From Verrucomicrobia bacterium Ga0077533 (GTDB lineage Bacteria > Verrucomicrobiota > Verrucomicrobiia > Opitutales > Opitutaceae): DNA of 64,000 nucleotides. The notes below the pieces were generated by a model. It was not told the origin of the DNA. It ran no database searches and saw nothing but the letters and a program-made list of their open reading frames with translations. Every line of letters begins with the position of its first letter. Within the stretch, counting starts at the first letter, position 1. Positions 18,855 to 28,750 of the stretch are shown piece by piece. Where the stretch lies: the NCBI GenBank assembly GCA_001464505.1, contig LNEH01000121.1, forward strand, positions 8,886-72,885, in the 5' to 3' direction. Position numbers and translations under genes: made by a program.

Positions 18855-20705
18855 ATGTCCAAGGGTTTCGCCAACCGCCGCCTGACACTCCTTTCCCTGG
18901 GGATCGTAGCCTGCTTCATGACGGTGGGCGTGCGGCTGGTCTTCCTGCACCTGGTCGATCGCGACGAGCTGCTGCGCTTCGTGGACAAGGCCCGCCGCCA
19001 GATCGTCATCGAGCACGCCCGGCGCGGGACCATCCTTGATGCGCGGGGCAACCTCCTCGCGACCAGCCGTTCGGAAATGACCGTGGCGGTCGATGCCTGG
19101 GCGCTCGACGAATTCCTGCGCATCGACAAGAACCCGGCGAAGCGCGCGCGCCGCGCCGCGGAGCAGCAGGCCAAACGCGTCCAACTGGCCGCCCTGCTCA
19201 AGCTGCCCGTGGCCGACGTGGAAAAAGCCTTTGTGCCCGCCATGCGGACCATCAAGCCCGAGGCCGACCGGCGCGACGGCCAGATCGACGGTCTGACCAA
19301 GGACCGCTGGGTCAAACTATGCGAGGGGGTCGACGAGCCCACTTACGACCGGATCGAGGCGCTCAACATCCGGGGTCTCACGGCCGAGCGCGTTTACCGC
19401 CGCGTCTATCCGGGCAACGGCCTGGGCGCACACCTGATCGGCTACCTGAACAAGGAAGGCACCCCCGTGACCGGAGCGGAGAGCCATTTCGACCTCTACC
19501 TCAAGGGCTCGGACGGCTGGATCGAGTCCGAGAAAGACGGCGCCCGCCGCGAGATGGCGCAGTTTCGTTCGCGCGAAATCCCGGTGCAGGACGGCAACGA
19601 CGTGGTGTTGACCATCGATTCGGTCGTGCAGCACATCATCGAGGACGAACTCAAGGACATCGCGGGCAGATATTCGCCTAATTTCGCGACCATCATAGTC
19701 AGCGACCCGCAGACGGGGGCGATCCTCGGTCTGGCAAACTACCCGAGCTTCGACCTCAACAACTACAGCAAGGCGCCGCTGGGGGCGGACAAAAACCGCG
19801 CGGTCACCGACCGCATCGAACCGGGCTCCACCTTCAAGATCGTGGCCGTGGGCGCCGCGTTGAACGAGGGCCTCGTGACGCCGCGCTCCACTTTTGACTG
19901 CGGCAACCCGGCCATCGATTACAAGGGCCGCACCATCAGGCTGCCGAAAGAGGACGAACCGTTCGGGATCCTCAGCGTGGCGGACATCGTCGCGCATTCC
20001 AGCAACCGCGGGGCCGCGCAGCTCGCGATGGGTCTCGGGGATCAGCGTTTCTACGAGTATGCGCGCAAGTTCGGCTTCGGCCAGACGACGGCCTTCCCGC
20101 TCGGCAGCGAGGTGCGCGGCACGCTGGCCCCGCCCGGCCAGTGGGACGGTCTCACGATTTCGCGCCTGCCGATGGGCCATTCGGTCGACGCCACGCCCCT
20201 GCAGATTCACATGGCGATGAGCATCGTGGCCAATGGCGGCACGCTGCTCCGGCCGCAGATCATCAAGGAAATCCGCGACACCCGCGGCCAGATCATCCGC
20301 AACTTTGCGCCGGAGAAACGGGAGCAGGTGCTGGGCCGCGCCACAGCCGCCACCCTCGCGCAGTTGCTCACCGGGGTGATGCGCGTGGGCACCGCCAAGG
20401 GCTATGACATCGAGGGCTTCGAGGTTGCGGGCAAGACCGGCACCACGCAGAAAATTATCGACGGCAAATACTCGACGACCCGCCACGTCGCCTCTTTCGT
20501 GGGCTTCTTTCCCGCCAGCCGGCCGCAGGTTGTTCTCTCTGTGATCGTCGACGACGCGAAAGTTTCCGGCGGCACCGCCTACGGTCGCGTCGTGGCTGCG
20601 CCGGCCTTCCACCACATCGCGGAGCAGCTCATCCAATATCTCGACATCAAGCCGGTCCAGCCGGCCGCGCGCAACTTCCTCGCAATGACCGGAGGTGCCC
20701 CGTGA
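18855..20705 (+). CDS. ftsI: Class B PBP (FtsI)
   Basis: RGTILDARG, EPGSTFK (SxxK), SSN, KTG. Confidence 0.93.
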   Translation: MSKGFANRRLTLLSLGIVACFMTVGVRLVFLHLVDRDELLRFVDKARRQIVIEHARRGTILDARGNLLATSRSEMTVAVDAWALDEFLRIDKNPAKRARRAAEQQAKRVQLAALLKLPVADVEKAFVPAMRTIKPEADRRDGQIDGLTKDRWVKLCEGVDEPTYDRIEALNIRGLTAERVYRRVYPGNGLGAHLIGYLNKEGTPVTGAESHFDLYLKGSDGWIESEKDGARREMAQFRSREIPVQDGNDVVLTIDSVVQHIIEDELKDIAGRYSPNFATIIVSDPQTGAILGLANYPSFDLNNYSKAPLGADKNRAVTDRIEPGSTFKIVAVGAALNEGLVTPRSTFDCGNPAIDYKGRTIRLPKEDEPFGILSVADIVAHSSNRGAAQLAMGLGDQRFYEYARKFGFGQTTAFPLGSEVRGTLAPPGQWDGLTISRLPMGHSVDATPLQIHMAMSIVANGGTLLRPQIIKEIRDTRGQIIRNFAPEKREQVLGRATAATLAQLLTGVMRVGTAKGYDIEGFEVAGKTGTTQKIIDGKYSTTRHVASFVGFFPASRPQVVLSVIVDDAKVSGGTAYGRVVAAPAFHHIAEQLIQYLDIKPVQPAARNFLAMTGGAP

Positions 20706-22285
20706 TCGGCTACCTTGCGCCCAATTACCCGTTGATCGCCGCTTTTCGCGCGCAGCCCAAGGCCCGCACGCGGCCGGCTGATCGCGTGGCCCGGCGCATT
20801 TTCAAGACGGCCCCGAAAATCTCCGACTATCTTCATGACGGCGATTTTCTCTCCAGCAAGGGCGACTTGGACCGGCCCATCTCCGGTCTGGCGCTGGACA
20901 GCCGCCGCGTGCTGCCGGGCAATCTCTTCTTTGCCCTGCCGGGCGGCCGGGCCGACGGCCATTTCTTCGTCGATGAAGCGATCCAACGCGGCGCGGTCGC
21001 CATTGTGGGGGAGAAAATCCCCCCGGGCATGGCGGCGCGTGTCACCTACATCCAGGTCGCAGACGCCCGCCGGGCGCTCGCGCTCGTCGCGCAGCGCTAC
21101 TTCAGCTTTCCCGACCGGTCCCTTGACCTCGTCGGCGTGACCGGCACCACCGGCAAAACCACGGTCGCCAGCCTCATCAAGCACCTGCTCGCAACCCCGG
21201 CCCAGCGTGTCGGCCTCATCGGCACGATCAATTACGACCTTGGCGCCCGCATCGTGCCGTCCTATCGCACGACGCCGGAGTCGCTCGAGCTCTTCGGCAT
21301 GCTCGCCCAGATGCGCGACGCGGGCTGCCGCCAGGCCGCGCTGGAAGTCAGTTCCCACGGCCTCGACCAGCACTGTGTGCTCGGCCTGCAGTTCGGCGTG
21401 GCGGTCTTCACCAACCTGACGCGCGACCCCCACCGGACGATTGAGGCCAGCCTCGAGGTGCAATCCCGGCTGTTCACCGGCGGCTCCGGTCCGGCGCCCC
21501 GCGCCGCAGTCATCAACCTCGACGACCCCTATGGCCGCCGGCTCGCGACGGCGATGCCGAAGCGCATCAAGGTGGTCACGTTCGGCGAGTCGCCCGCAGC
21601 CACCGTGCGCGCCGAGAATGTCGGGCTGAATCTCAAGGGCGCCGCCCTGCGGCTGGTCTGGCCCGACGGATCAATCGAGATCGAGAGTCCCTTGATTGGC
21701 CGCTACCATGTGAGCAACTTGCTCGCCGCCTTTGCCGGCTGTTACGCGCTGGGCCGTGATCCGTCCGTCATCGCCGCGCGGCTCAAGAGCTTCGGTGGCG
21801 TCCCCGGCCGCCTGGAGCGGATCGAGGAGGCCCAGTCCGGCCACGTGTTCGTCGACTATGCCCAGACCGCTGACGCGCTGCGCCACACCCTCGGCATGCT
21901 GCGCGCGATTACCCCTGGGCGGTTGCTCGTCGTCTTTGGTTGTGGGGGAGATCGCGACCGCGCCCAGCGTCCGCTTATGACCGGGGCGGTGCAGGAGTTC
22001 GCCGACTTCGCCTGGGCGACCGCCGACAATCCGCGCTCGGAGGCGCTCAGCCGGATTTTCCACGACATGCAGGCCGGCGTGCAGCATGCGAACAAGATCA
22101 GTTTCATCGAGGACCGCCGCCGGGCCATCAGCCTGGCGCTCGCTACCGCCCGCGAGGGCGATTGCCTGCTCATTGCCGGCAAGGGTCACGAGACCTGCCA
22201 GGAATTTGCCGACACCATTGTGCCCTTTGACGACCGTCAGGTCGTCCGCGAGCTGGTCGGCTGCAAATCAATCAAGTCCGCCTGA
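20702..22285 (+). CDS. murE: MurE ligase with degenerate catalytic motifs
   Basis: GVTGTTGKTT, TTPES, EVSSHGL, DNPRSE, AGKGHE; DHLDYH and DYAHT altered. Confidence 0.88.
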   Translation: MIGYLAPNYPLIAAFRAQPKARTRPADRVARRIFKTAPKISDYLHDGDFLSSKGDLDRPISGLALDSRRVLPGNLFFALPGGRADGHFFVDEAIQRGAVAIVGEKIPPGMAARVTYIQVADARRALALVAQRYFSFPDRSLDLVGVTGTTGKTTVASLIKHLLATPAQRVGLIGTINYDLGARIVPSYRTTPESLELFGMLAQMRDAGCRQAALEVSSHGLDQHCVLGLQFGVAVFTNLTRDPHRTIEASLEVQSRLFTGGSGPAPRAAVINLDDPYGRRLATAMPKRIKVVTFGESPAATVRAENVGLNLKGAALRLVWPDGSIEIESPLIGRYHVSNLLAAFAGCYALGRDPSVIAARLKSFGGVPGRLERIEEAQSGHVFVDYAQTADALRHTLGMLRAITPGRLLVVFGCGGDRDRAQRPLMTGAVQEFADFAWATADNPRSEALSRIFHDMQAGVQHANKISFIEDRRRAISLALATAREGDCLLIAGKGHETCQEFADTIVPFDDRQVVRELVGCKSIKSA

Positions 22286-22295
22286 ACCCCCGAAC

Positions 22296-23663
22296 ATGCC
22301 TTCCTTCGCCCCAGAAAAACTCGCCACGTGGACCGGCGGGAGTTGGACGCGCCTTCCGGGCGGGGCGATCACGGGCTTCAATCAGGACACGCGCACCCTG
22401 AGCGCCGGGCAGGTCTTTGTCGCGCTCAAGACCGACAAACGCGACGGCCACGATTTTCTCCCCGACGCCCAAAAGGGCGGGGCGGTCGCGGCACTCGTCG
22501 GGCGCGAGATCAGGGACTCGACGTTGCCGCAGCTGGTGACCACCGATCCACTCGGCGCTTTCCAGCGCATTGCCCGGGAACAACGCCGCGAGTTTCATGG
22601 CACCGTCGTCGGCGTGACCGGCAGTGTGGGCAAGACCTCGACCAAGGACCTGCTCGCGCTGTTGCTCGGGGGCAGCCCCGATGTCCTCGCGACCGCGGGC
22701 AATCTCAACAATCACATTGGAGTTCCGCTGACCCTGACCCGGCTCGATCCGGCGCATCGTGCGGCCGTCATCGAGGCGGGCATCAGTCTGCTGAGCGAGA
22801 TGGCCGGCCTCGCGGAGATGATCGAGCCCGACCATAGCGTCGTCACGCTTGTCGCGGCGGCGCATCTGGAAAAACTGGGCACGCTCGAGGGGGTTGCGGC
22901 CGAGAAGGCGCAACTGCCTGCGGCCAACCGCCCCGGGGGGGTGGCGGTGTTTCCGGTTTCGTGTTGGGCCTATGCGCCGTTTCGGGCGCTGGCCAACCCG
23001 TTGGTGCTGGTGCCCGAGAGTGAGAGCAAGGTCGCCGCCCGCACGGTGAAATTCCAGGTTGCCCAGCGGTCCAATCGCACCGAGGTGACGCTGGACGGCA
23101 AGCGGAGCTTCGAATTCCGCCGGGTCTCAACCGGCATGGCGCAGAACACCGCGCTGGCCCTCACCCTCGCTTCCGAGCTGGGCGTGAAGGATGCCGTGCT
23201 GCAGTCGCGCCTGGCAGACTGGCAACCCTCCCGGTGGCGCGGCGAGCTGCGCCAGATGGGCGGGGCCACGGTGTATTGTGATTTCTACAACGCCAATCCG
23301 GCTTCGATGGCCGACGCCATCGACGCCTTCAACAGCATCGTGGATGCCGGCCTGCCGAGGTTATACGTGCTCGGCTCGATGGAGGAGCTCGGGGCCGGCT
23401 CCGCGACCTTTCACCGGCAACTGGGCCGGTTGCTGCACCTGCGGCCGGGCGATTTTCTATTCGCTCTCGGCAGCCAGGCTGCGGCGCTGCGCGAGGGTCT
23501 GCTCGAAAACGGCAATGCGGCCGCGCAGATCGCCCTCGCGGCCGATACGGCCCCCGTGCGCGAACACCTCGCGGGCTTCAAAGGTGCTGTGTTCCTGAAG
23601 GGCAGCCGCCGCTACCAGCTCGAAACCGTCCTCGCCCCCCTGGCGGCCAGCGCGGCGCACTGA
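22296..23663 (+). CDS. murF: MurF ligase
   Basis: GVTGSVGKTSTK, GNLNNHIGVP, YNANP, KGSR. Confidence 0.93.
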   Translation: MPSFAPEKLATWTGGSWTRLPGGAITGFNQDTRTLSAGQVFVALKTDKRDGHDFLPDAQKGGAVAALVGREIRDSTLPQLVTTDPLGAFQRIAREQRREFHGTVVGVTGSVGKTSTKDLLALLLGGSPDVLATAGNLNNHIGVPLTLTRLDPAHRAAVIEAGISLLSEMAGLAEMIEPDHSVVTLVAAAHLEKLGTLEGVAAEKAQLPAANRPGGVAVFPVSCWAYAPFRALANPLVLVPESESKVAARTVKFQVAQRSNRTEVTLDGKRSFEFRRVSTGMAQNTALALTLASELGVKDAVLQSRLADWQPSRWRGELRQMGGATVYCDFYNANPASMADAIDAFNSIVDAGLPRLYVLGSMEELGAGSATFHRQLGRLLHLRPGDFLFALGSQAAALREGLLENGNAAAQIALAADTAPVREHLAGFKGAVFLKGSRRYQLETVLAPLAASAAH

Positions 23664-23694
23664 ATCCCATGAACCCGACTCACCATGGCACAAC

Positions 23695-23780
23695 TGTAGG
23701 GCGGGGTCGCCTGACCCCGCCGCGATCGGGATGCAGATTTCGCCGCGGAAACAGGCGGGATCAGGCGATCCCGCCCTACA
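23695..23780. repeat. GTAG REP doublet, family F, intergenic
   Basis: TGTAGGGCGGGGTCGCCTGACCCCGCC...GGCGGGATCAGGCGATCCCGCCCTACA; homologue at 58004-58064. Confidence 0.88.
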
Positions 23781-23798
23781 GCGACGCGTTTCTCGCCC

Positions 23799-24914
23799 AT
23801 GCTTAGTTACCTGTCAGACTACGCGCACCTCTGGAGCCCGCTCCGGCTCTTCCACTACATCACGGTTCGCTCCGTTGGTGCGGCGGGCACGGCGTTGTTC
23901 ATCGGGTTCCTCATCGGTCCGTGGCTCATCGGGCGGTTCCGCGCCCTGAAGTTCGGCCATGGTTACATCGATGAGCGCACCGGTGCGCTGGGGGCGACCT
24001 ACTTTGACAAGAAGCACACCCCCACGATGGGCGGGCTGATCATCTTCATTTCGCTTTTTCTCAGCGCGGTGCTGTGGGCCGAGCCCAACGTCTGGGTGTT
24101 TGTCGCGCTCTTCGTCTACACCGCCCTCACGGTCCCGGGCTGGCGGGACGATTATCTCAAGGTCGTCCACAAGAACAAGGACGGCATCAAATCGTGGGAG
24201 AAGATCGCGTGGCAGTCGCTGGCGACCGTGGTGGCGCTCGGCATCCTGCTCTGGCACCCGCAGAGCGCGGCCAAGATCCGCGAACTCTGGGTGCCGTTCA
24301 TCAAGACCGCCGTCATCGCGCCCATGCCGTGGTGGGTGCTGCTCGTCCTGATCTACCTCTGGATCGTCGGCTTCAGCAACGCCATCAACCTGACCGACGG
24401 CCTGGACGGCCTCGCCACCGGATGCACGATCACGGTCGCGCTGGTGTTTGGCATCATGGCCTACGCGGCGGGCCACAGCATCATCGCCCAATATCTGCTC
24501 ATCAGCCACGTGCCGGGCACCGGCGAACTGACGGTGGTGTGCGCGGCGCTCATCGGCGCGTGCATGGCCTTCCTGTGGTTCAATTCGCACCCCGCCGAGG
24601 TGTTCATGGGCGACACCGGCTCGCTCGCGCTCGGCGGGCTCATCGGCGTCATGGCCTTCATGATCCACCAGCCGTTCACCCTCGTGATCGTGGGCGGCGT
24701 CTTCGTCCTGGAGGCGCTTTCGGTGATATTCCAGGTCAGCTGGTTCAAATGGACGAAGCGGCGCACCGGCACCGGCCAGCGGCTCTTCCTCATGGCGCCG
24801 ATCCACCACCACTTCCAGAAGCTCGGCTGGCCTGAGACCAAGGTGGTGCTCCGTTTTTGGATTCTCTCCCTCGGCTTCGCCCTCGCCGGGCTCGCTACGC
24901 TGAAGCTTCGCTAA
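23799..24914 (+). CDS. mraY: Phospho-N-acetylmuramoyl-pentapeptide transferase
   Basis: TPTMGG, NLTDGLDGL, FMGDTGS, APIHHHF. Confidence 0.97.
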   Translation: MLSYLSDYAHLWSPLRLFHYITVRSVGAAGTALFIGFLIGPWLIGRFRALKFGHGYIDERTGALGATYFDKKHTPTMGGLIIFISLFLSAVLWAEPNVWVFVALFVYTALTVPGWRDDYLKVVHKNKDGIKSWEKIAWQSLATVVALGILLWHPQSAAKIRELWVPFIKTAVIAPMPWWVLLVLIYLWIVGFSNAINLTDGLDGLATGCTITVALVFGIMAYAAGHSIIAQYLLISHVPGTGELTVVCAALIGACMAFLWFNSHPAEVFMGDTGSLALGGLIGVMAFMIHQPFTLVIVGGVFVLEALSVIFQVSWFKWTKRRTGTGQRLFLMAPIHHHFQKLGWPETKVVLRFWILSLGFALAGLATLKLR

Positions 24915-25035
24915 AACTCCAAGCCCCAAGCTCCAACCTCCAGTGAAAAACCAAGTATCAAGCTTCCAGCCGGACCTTTCGGCCCTTTGGCCGTTTGGTG
25001 CTTCGCTGGAGCTTGGCGGTTGGAGCTTGGAGCTT
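24914..25035. repeat. Inverted pair of 7-mer tandem arrays (CCAAGCT / TTGGAGC)
   Basis: Period-7 repeats on both arms; homologous block at 27458-27597. Confidence 0.8.
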
Positions 25036-25074
25036 CGTCGCATCATCCGCGCTTAATTTTCAACTCCGTCCTCC

Positions 25075-25233
25075 ATGCCCATCGACTACAGCCTCGAGAC
25101 CACGCCCAGTTTTCGCGACCTCACCCGCAGCAGCCTGATCCTTCTGCGCACGTTGCGCCGCCTCCGCAAGGGGCAGGCGGTCCCCGAGGGCCCGCTGGTG
25201 CGCACCGCCAAGCCTTTCGCAGGAGTCCGCTGA
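25075..25233 (+). CDS. Candidate 52-aa small protein at the usual murD position
   Basis: ATG...TGA, MPIDYSLETTPSFRDLTRSSLILLRTLRRLRKG…; GC-ending codons; below the ORF-track cutoff. Confidence 0.4.
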   Translation: MPIDYSLETTPSFRDLTRSSLILLRTLRRLRKGQAVPEGPLVRTAKPFAGVR

Positions 25234-25401
25234 CAGGTTCTTTATACTACCAATCGGAACCTTACTAATCCTTCTGTCCGCGGACACCTGCTCTTCTTTT
25301 CGAACTCACGCAACCGCCAGCGCCAATACCTTGTGGAAAAGCTGTGAATAAGTCCTATTTTTAGATAGCAATACTCCAACCCTGCCACTCATATTCCCGC
25401 C

Positions 25402-26274
25402 ATGAAAATCCTCCAGATCTTCGGAGCAGTCGTCGCTGTGCATCTGCTCGCGTTTATCTTCATATTTGCCAGCCCCGGTTGCCAGTCCGGCCCGCGCAAC
25501 ATTCCCACGCCCGACGCCACGCTGCCCGCCGGCGGTTCCGTCGCCCCCGTCACCTTCAACGTCGCCACGCCGCAACCGGTGGACCTCGTCGCCCCGGCCG
25601 TCTCGCCTTCGGGCCATGCCGCGCCGACCCGCCCCGGCTCCGCCGCCGCCGTCGCGATCACCCCCGCCAAGGCCGCGGCGGATGTCGCGCCGGTCAGCAC
25701 CTACACGGTGGTTCGCGGGGACAGCCTCTGGACCATCGCCAAGAAAAACAATCTGAGCGTCGCCGAACTCGCCAAGGCCAACAACCTCGGCGTCGGGGTC
25801 GCACTGCAGCCGGGCAAGAAACTTATCATTCCCGGCAAGATTGGCGCCGCGCCGGCCGCCGCGGACAAACCGAGGGACCTCGGGACGCTCACCCAGGCCG
25901 CGCCCGCCGCCAAGCCCGCGAACGGCGAGGCGGTCAAGCACACCGTCGCGGTCGGCGAGAGCCTCGGTGTCATCGCGCGCAAATACCAGGTGAGCGTCGG
26001 TGAACTGGCCGCGGTCAACAACATCACCGATCCCTCCAAGGTCCGCGCCGGGCAGCAGCTCATCATTCCGGGCTTCAAGGCCGTCACGCCGAAAGGCCCG
26101 GCCACCGCGAGCAAGCCTGCCGGGACCGAGACCCCCGCCGCGCCCGTCACCCCGCATTTTCAAATCGCCCCGCCGCCCCCCGGCCAGGACCTCGACTCGG
26201 GCTTGAAGGATGCCGGCACGGAGGTGCCGACCATCAAGGTCGAAGAGGCCACGCCCACGCCGCCGAAGAAATAA
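25402..26274 (+). CDS. Double LysM-domain protein with N-terminal anchor
   Basis: YTVVRGDSLWTIAKK and HTVAVGESLGVIARKY. Confidence 0.92.
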   Translation: MKILQIFGAVVAVHLLAFIFIFASPGCQSGPRNIPTPDATLPAGGSVAPVTFNVATPQPVDLVAPAVSPSGHAAPTRPGSAAAVAITPAKAAADVAPVSTYTVVRGDSLWTIAKKNNLSVAELAKANNLGVGVALQPGKKLIIPGKIGAAPAAADKPRDLGTLTQAAPAAKPANGEAVKHTVAVGESLGVIARKYQVSVGELAAVNNITDPSKVRAGQQLIIPGFKAVTPKGPATASKPAGTETPAAPVTPHFQIAPPPPGQDLDSGLKDAGTEVPTIKVEEATPTPPKK

Positions 26275-26286
26275 ACCAACGCCGCC

Positions 26287-27450
26287 ATGGTGGGTTCGCC
26301 GAGCGCCGCTGTTCTTCGCCGACCTCTCACGATCACCCCCGCGAGTGTCATTGTCGTCTGTGTGGCGGCCTTGGTCTCGCTTGGTCTCGTGGTGCTGTTC
26401 AGCGCGAGCTCCCCCATCAAGGGCGGGCCCTACGCCTACCTCTACAAGCAGTTCATCTTTCTCGCGCTCGCGATCGGCGCCGGATGGCTGGTGGCGCTTG
26501 CCGACCTCGAGCACCTGCGCAAGTTCGTCTGGGTGGCCGCGGCGATCGTCCTTTTCGCGCTGGTGCTCGTGCTCATCCCGCAAATTGGCATTGCGGTGAA
26601 GGGCAGCCGGCGCTGGCTCGGGTTCGGGGGCGTGCGGCTGCAGGTGTCGGAGTTCGCCAAGCTCGCGCTGGTCTTCTCCCTGGCGCATTACCTCGCGGTC
26701 AACCAGAGCCGGCTGCATGATTTCTGGCGCGGCTTCGCGCTGCCGTCGGCGTGGATCGGGCTTTTCGCGCTGCTCGTGCTCGTCGAGCCCGATTTTGGCG
26801 CGGCGATGCTGCTGGGTGCGATTGGCGTCATGCTGCTTTTCCTCGCGGGCGTGCGGCTGAAGTTTTTGCTGCCGGCGGTCGGCGCCGCCTTGCTGGGCTT
26901 TGTCATGCTTGTGCTGAACAATCCCGTGCGCCTGCAGCGCGTGCTCTCGTTCCTCGACCCGGAGGCCAACCGGCAGGGCACCGGCTACCAGCCGTGGCAG
27001 GCGCTGCTCGCGTTCGCGGCGGGCGGCGTGGATGGCGTCGGGCTGGGCAACGGCCGCCAGCAGAACGCCTTTCTGCCCGAGGCCCACACGGACTACATTT
27101 TCGCCATCATGGGCGAGGAGATGGGCCTCATCTTCACGCTCCTCACCGTCGCGCTGTTCGTGACCATCTTCGTCGCGGGCCTGATGCACGTGCGCCGCGC
27201 CCCGAACCTGTTCCAGTTCCTCCTGGTGACCGGCTGCATCCTGCTCATCACGCTGCAGGCCATCATCAACCTCGGTGTCGTCACCAGCCTGTTGCCGTCG
27301 AAGGGCATGTCGCTGCCGTTCATCAGCGCCGGCGGCTCCAACCTGCTGCTGATGGGTCTGCTCGTCGGCGTCATCATCAACTCCCAGCGCACGTGGGAGC
27401 GGCCCAAGCCGCTGCAACGGAAGCGCGCCCTCACGGAGGTGATCGCGTGA
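26287..27450 (+). CDS. ftsW: SEDS glycosyltransferase FtsW
   Basis: GSRRWL, QVSEFAK, EPDFG, LPEAHTDYIF, KGMSLPFIS. Confidence 0.95.
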   Translation: MVGSPSAAVLRRPLTITPASVIVVCVAALVSLGLVVLFSASSPIKGGPYAYLYKQFIFLALAIGAGWLVALADLEHLRKFVWVAAAIVLFALVLVLIPQIGIAVKGSRRWLGFGGVRLQVSEFAKLALVFSLAHYLAVNQSRLHDFWRGFALPSAWIGLFALLVLVEPDFGAAMLLGAIGVMLLFLAGVRLKFLLPAVGAALLGFVMLVLNNPVRLQRVLSFLDPEANRQGTGYQPWQALLAFAAGGVDGVGLGNGRQQNAFLPEAHTDYIFAIMGEEMGLIFTLLTVALFVTIFVAGLMHVRRAPNLFQFLLVTGCILLITLQAIINLGVVTSLLPSKGMSLPFISAGGSNLLLMGLLVGVIINSQRTWERPKPLQRKRALTEVIA

Positions 27451-27457
27451 GCGCGAC

Positions 27458-27597
27458 AAAACATCCAAGCTCGCAAGCTCCAAGCTCCAGAGAATTTCCA
27501 ATCAGGAATTCCCCGCTATCGTCAGCTCCTGCCGTCAGGGTTGGGGGTTTGTGCTTTGGGGCTTCTTTGGAGGTTGGAGGTTGGAGGTTGGAGCTTT
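27458..27597. repeat. Inverted pair of 7-mer tandem arrays
   Basis: CAAGCTC units then TTGGAGG units; same family as 24914-25035. Confidence 0.8.
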
Positions 27598-27613
27598 CGC
27601 CGGAGGCGCCGAC

Positions 27614-28750
27614 ATGAGCAAGTTCATCATCGCCTGCGGCGGCACCGGCGGCCATCTCTCGCCCGGCATCGCGCTGGCGGAGGCGCTGATCGCGCGCGGT
27701 CATACGGTCACGCTCTTCATCAGTCACAAGAAGGTCGACACCCGCCTGATCGAGAAATACCCGCACCTGCCTGTGGCCCGCGTGCCGAGCGCGCCTTTCG
27801 GCTGGCGGCCCGATGTTCACCTGCGATTTCATTGGAAACAAACCCTGGGCCTGATCTTCAGCCTGCGCTTCGTGCGCCAGTTCCGGCCCGACGCCATCAT
27901 TGGCTTCGGTGGTTTCACCAACGCCGGGGTGGTGATGGCCGGCCGTCTGCTCGGCCTCCCGGTTGCGCTGCACGAGGCCAACCGCGTGCCGGGCCTCGCC
28001 ATCCGCGTGCTCTCGCGGTTCGCGGCGCGGCTCTACCTGCCACCCGGTGTCCGATTGCCGGGCATCCGCGGCGTCCGGGTCCGCCACACCGGCCTGCCGG
28101 TGCGCAGTGAAATCGCCCGTTTGCCGCGCGACGAGGCCCGCGCCCGGCTGGGGCTCGATATCGCGCAGAAACTGCTGGTGATTATCGGGGGCAGCCAGGG
28201 CTCCGGCAGCCTCAACCAATGGGCGGAGCACAGCCTCACGGCGCTCGCCCACGATGGCATCCAGGTTTATTGTGTCACCGGTCTCGGCAAGGGCAGCGAG
28301 GGTATGCACGTGCTGCACGACAAGAGCGGCCAGGTCGTGCGCAGCTCGTTCGTCGCTTTCTCCGACCGCGTGGGCGTGCTGCTGTCGGCCGCCGACCTCG
28401 TGCTCAGTCGCGCCGGGGCCGGCACGCTGGCCGAGCTGGTGCGCTGCGAGACACCCGCCATCCTGATCCCCTATCCGCACGCCGCCGACAATCACCAGTG
28501 GGCCAACGCGGGGTATTTCGAGCAGCAGGGGGGCGGCGTGGTCGTCGCCGACCACGCGCTGGCCGGTTTGCAGCAGGAAGTGCGCGATGTTATTTTCAAT
28601 GACTGGCTGTTGAACAAATTCCGCACGAACCTGCACCGCATGTCGCAGGAGAACACCATCGATACCATCGTGCACGATCTGGAGGATCTCGCGACCGGCA
28701 CGCCGTCATCCCGCCAGCTGCGGCCCGCCCCGGCGGCCTCGCCGACATGA
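27614..28750 (+). CDS. murG: MurG glycosyltransferase
   Basis: GGTGGH, HEANRVPG, GGSQG, SRAGAGT, HQWANA. Confidence 0.95.
   Translation: MSKFIIACGGTGGHLSPGIALAEALIARGHTVTLFISHKKVDTRLIEKYPHLPVARVPSAPFGWRPDVHLRFHWKQTLGLIFSLRFVRQFRPDAIIGFGGFTNAGVVMAGRLLGLPVALHEANRVPGLAIRVLSRFAARLYLPPGVRLPGIRGVRVRHTGLPVRSEIARLPRDEARARLGLDIAQKLLVIIGGSQGSGSLNQWAEHSLTALAHDGIQVYCVTGLGKGSEGMHVLHDKSGQVVRSSFVAFSDRVGVLLSAADLVLSRAGAGTLAELVRCETPAILIPYPHAADNHQWANAGYFEQQGGGVVVADHALAGLQQEVRDVIFNDWLLNKFRTNLHRMSQENTIDTIVHDLEDLATGTPSSRQLRPAPAASPT

Noticed and set aside
25306-27501. Long antisense ORFs (e.g. 731 aa here; also 14330-16024 and 36623-38461)
   Set aside because: Shadows of GC-rich genes on the opposite strand, with no motifs.
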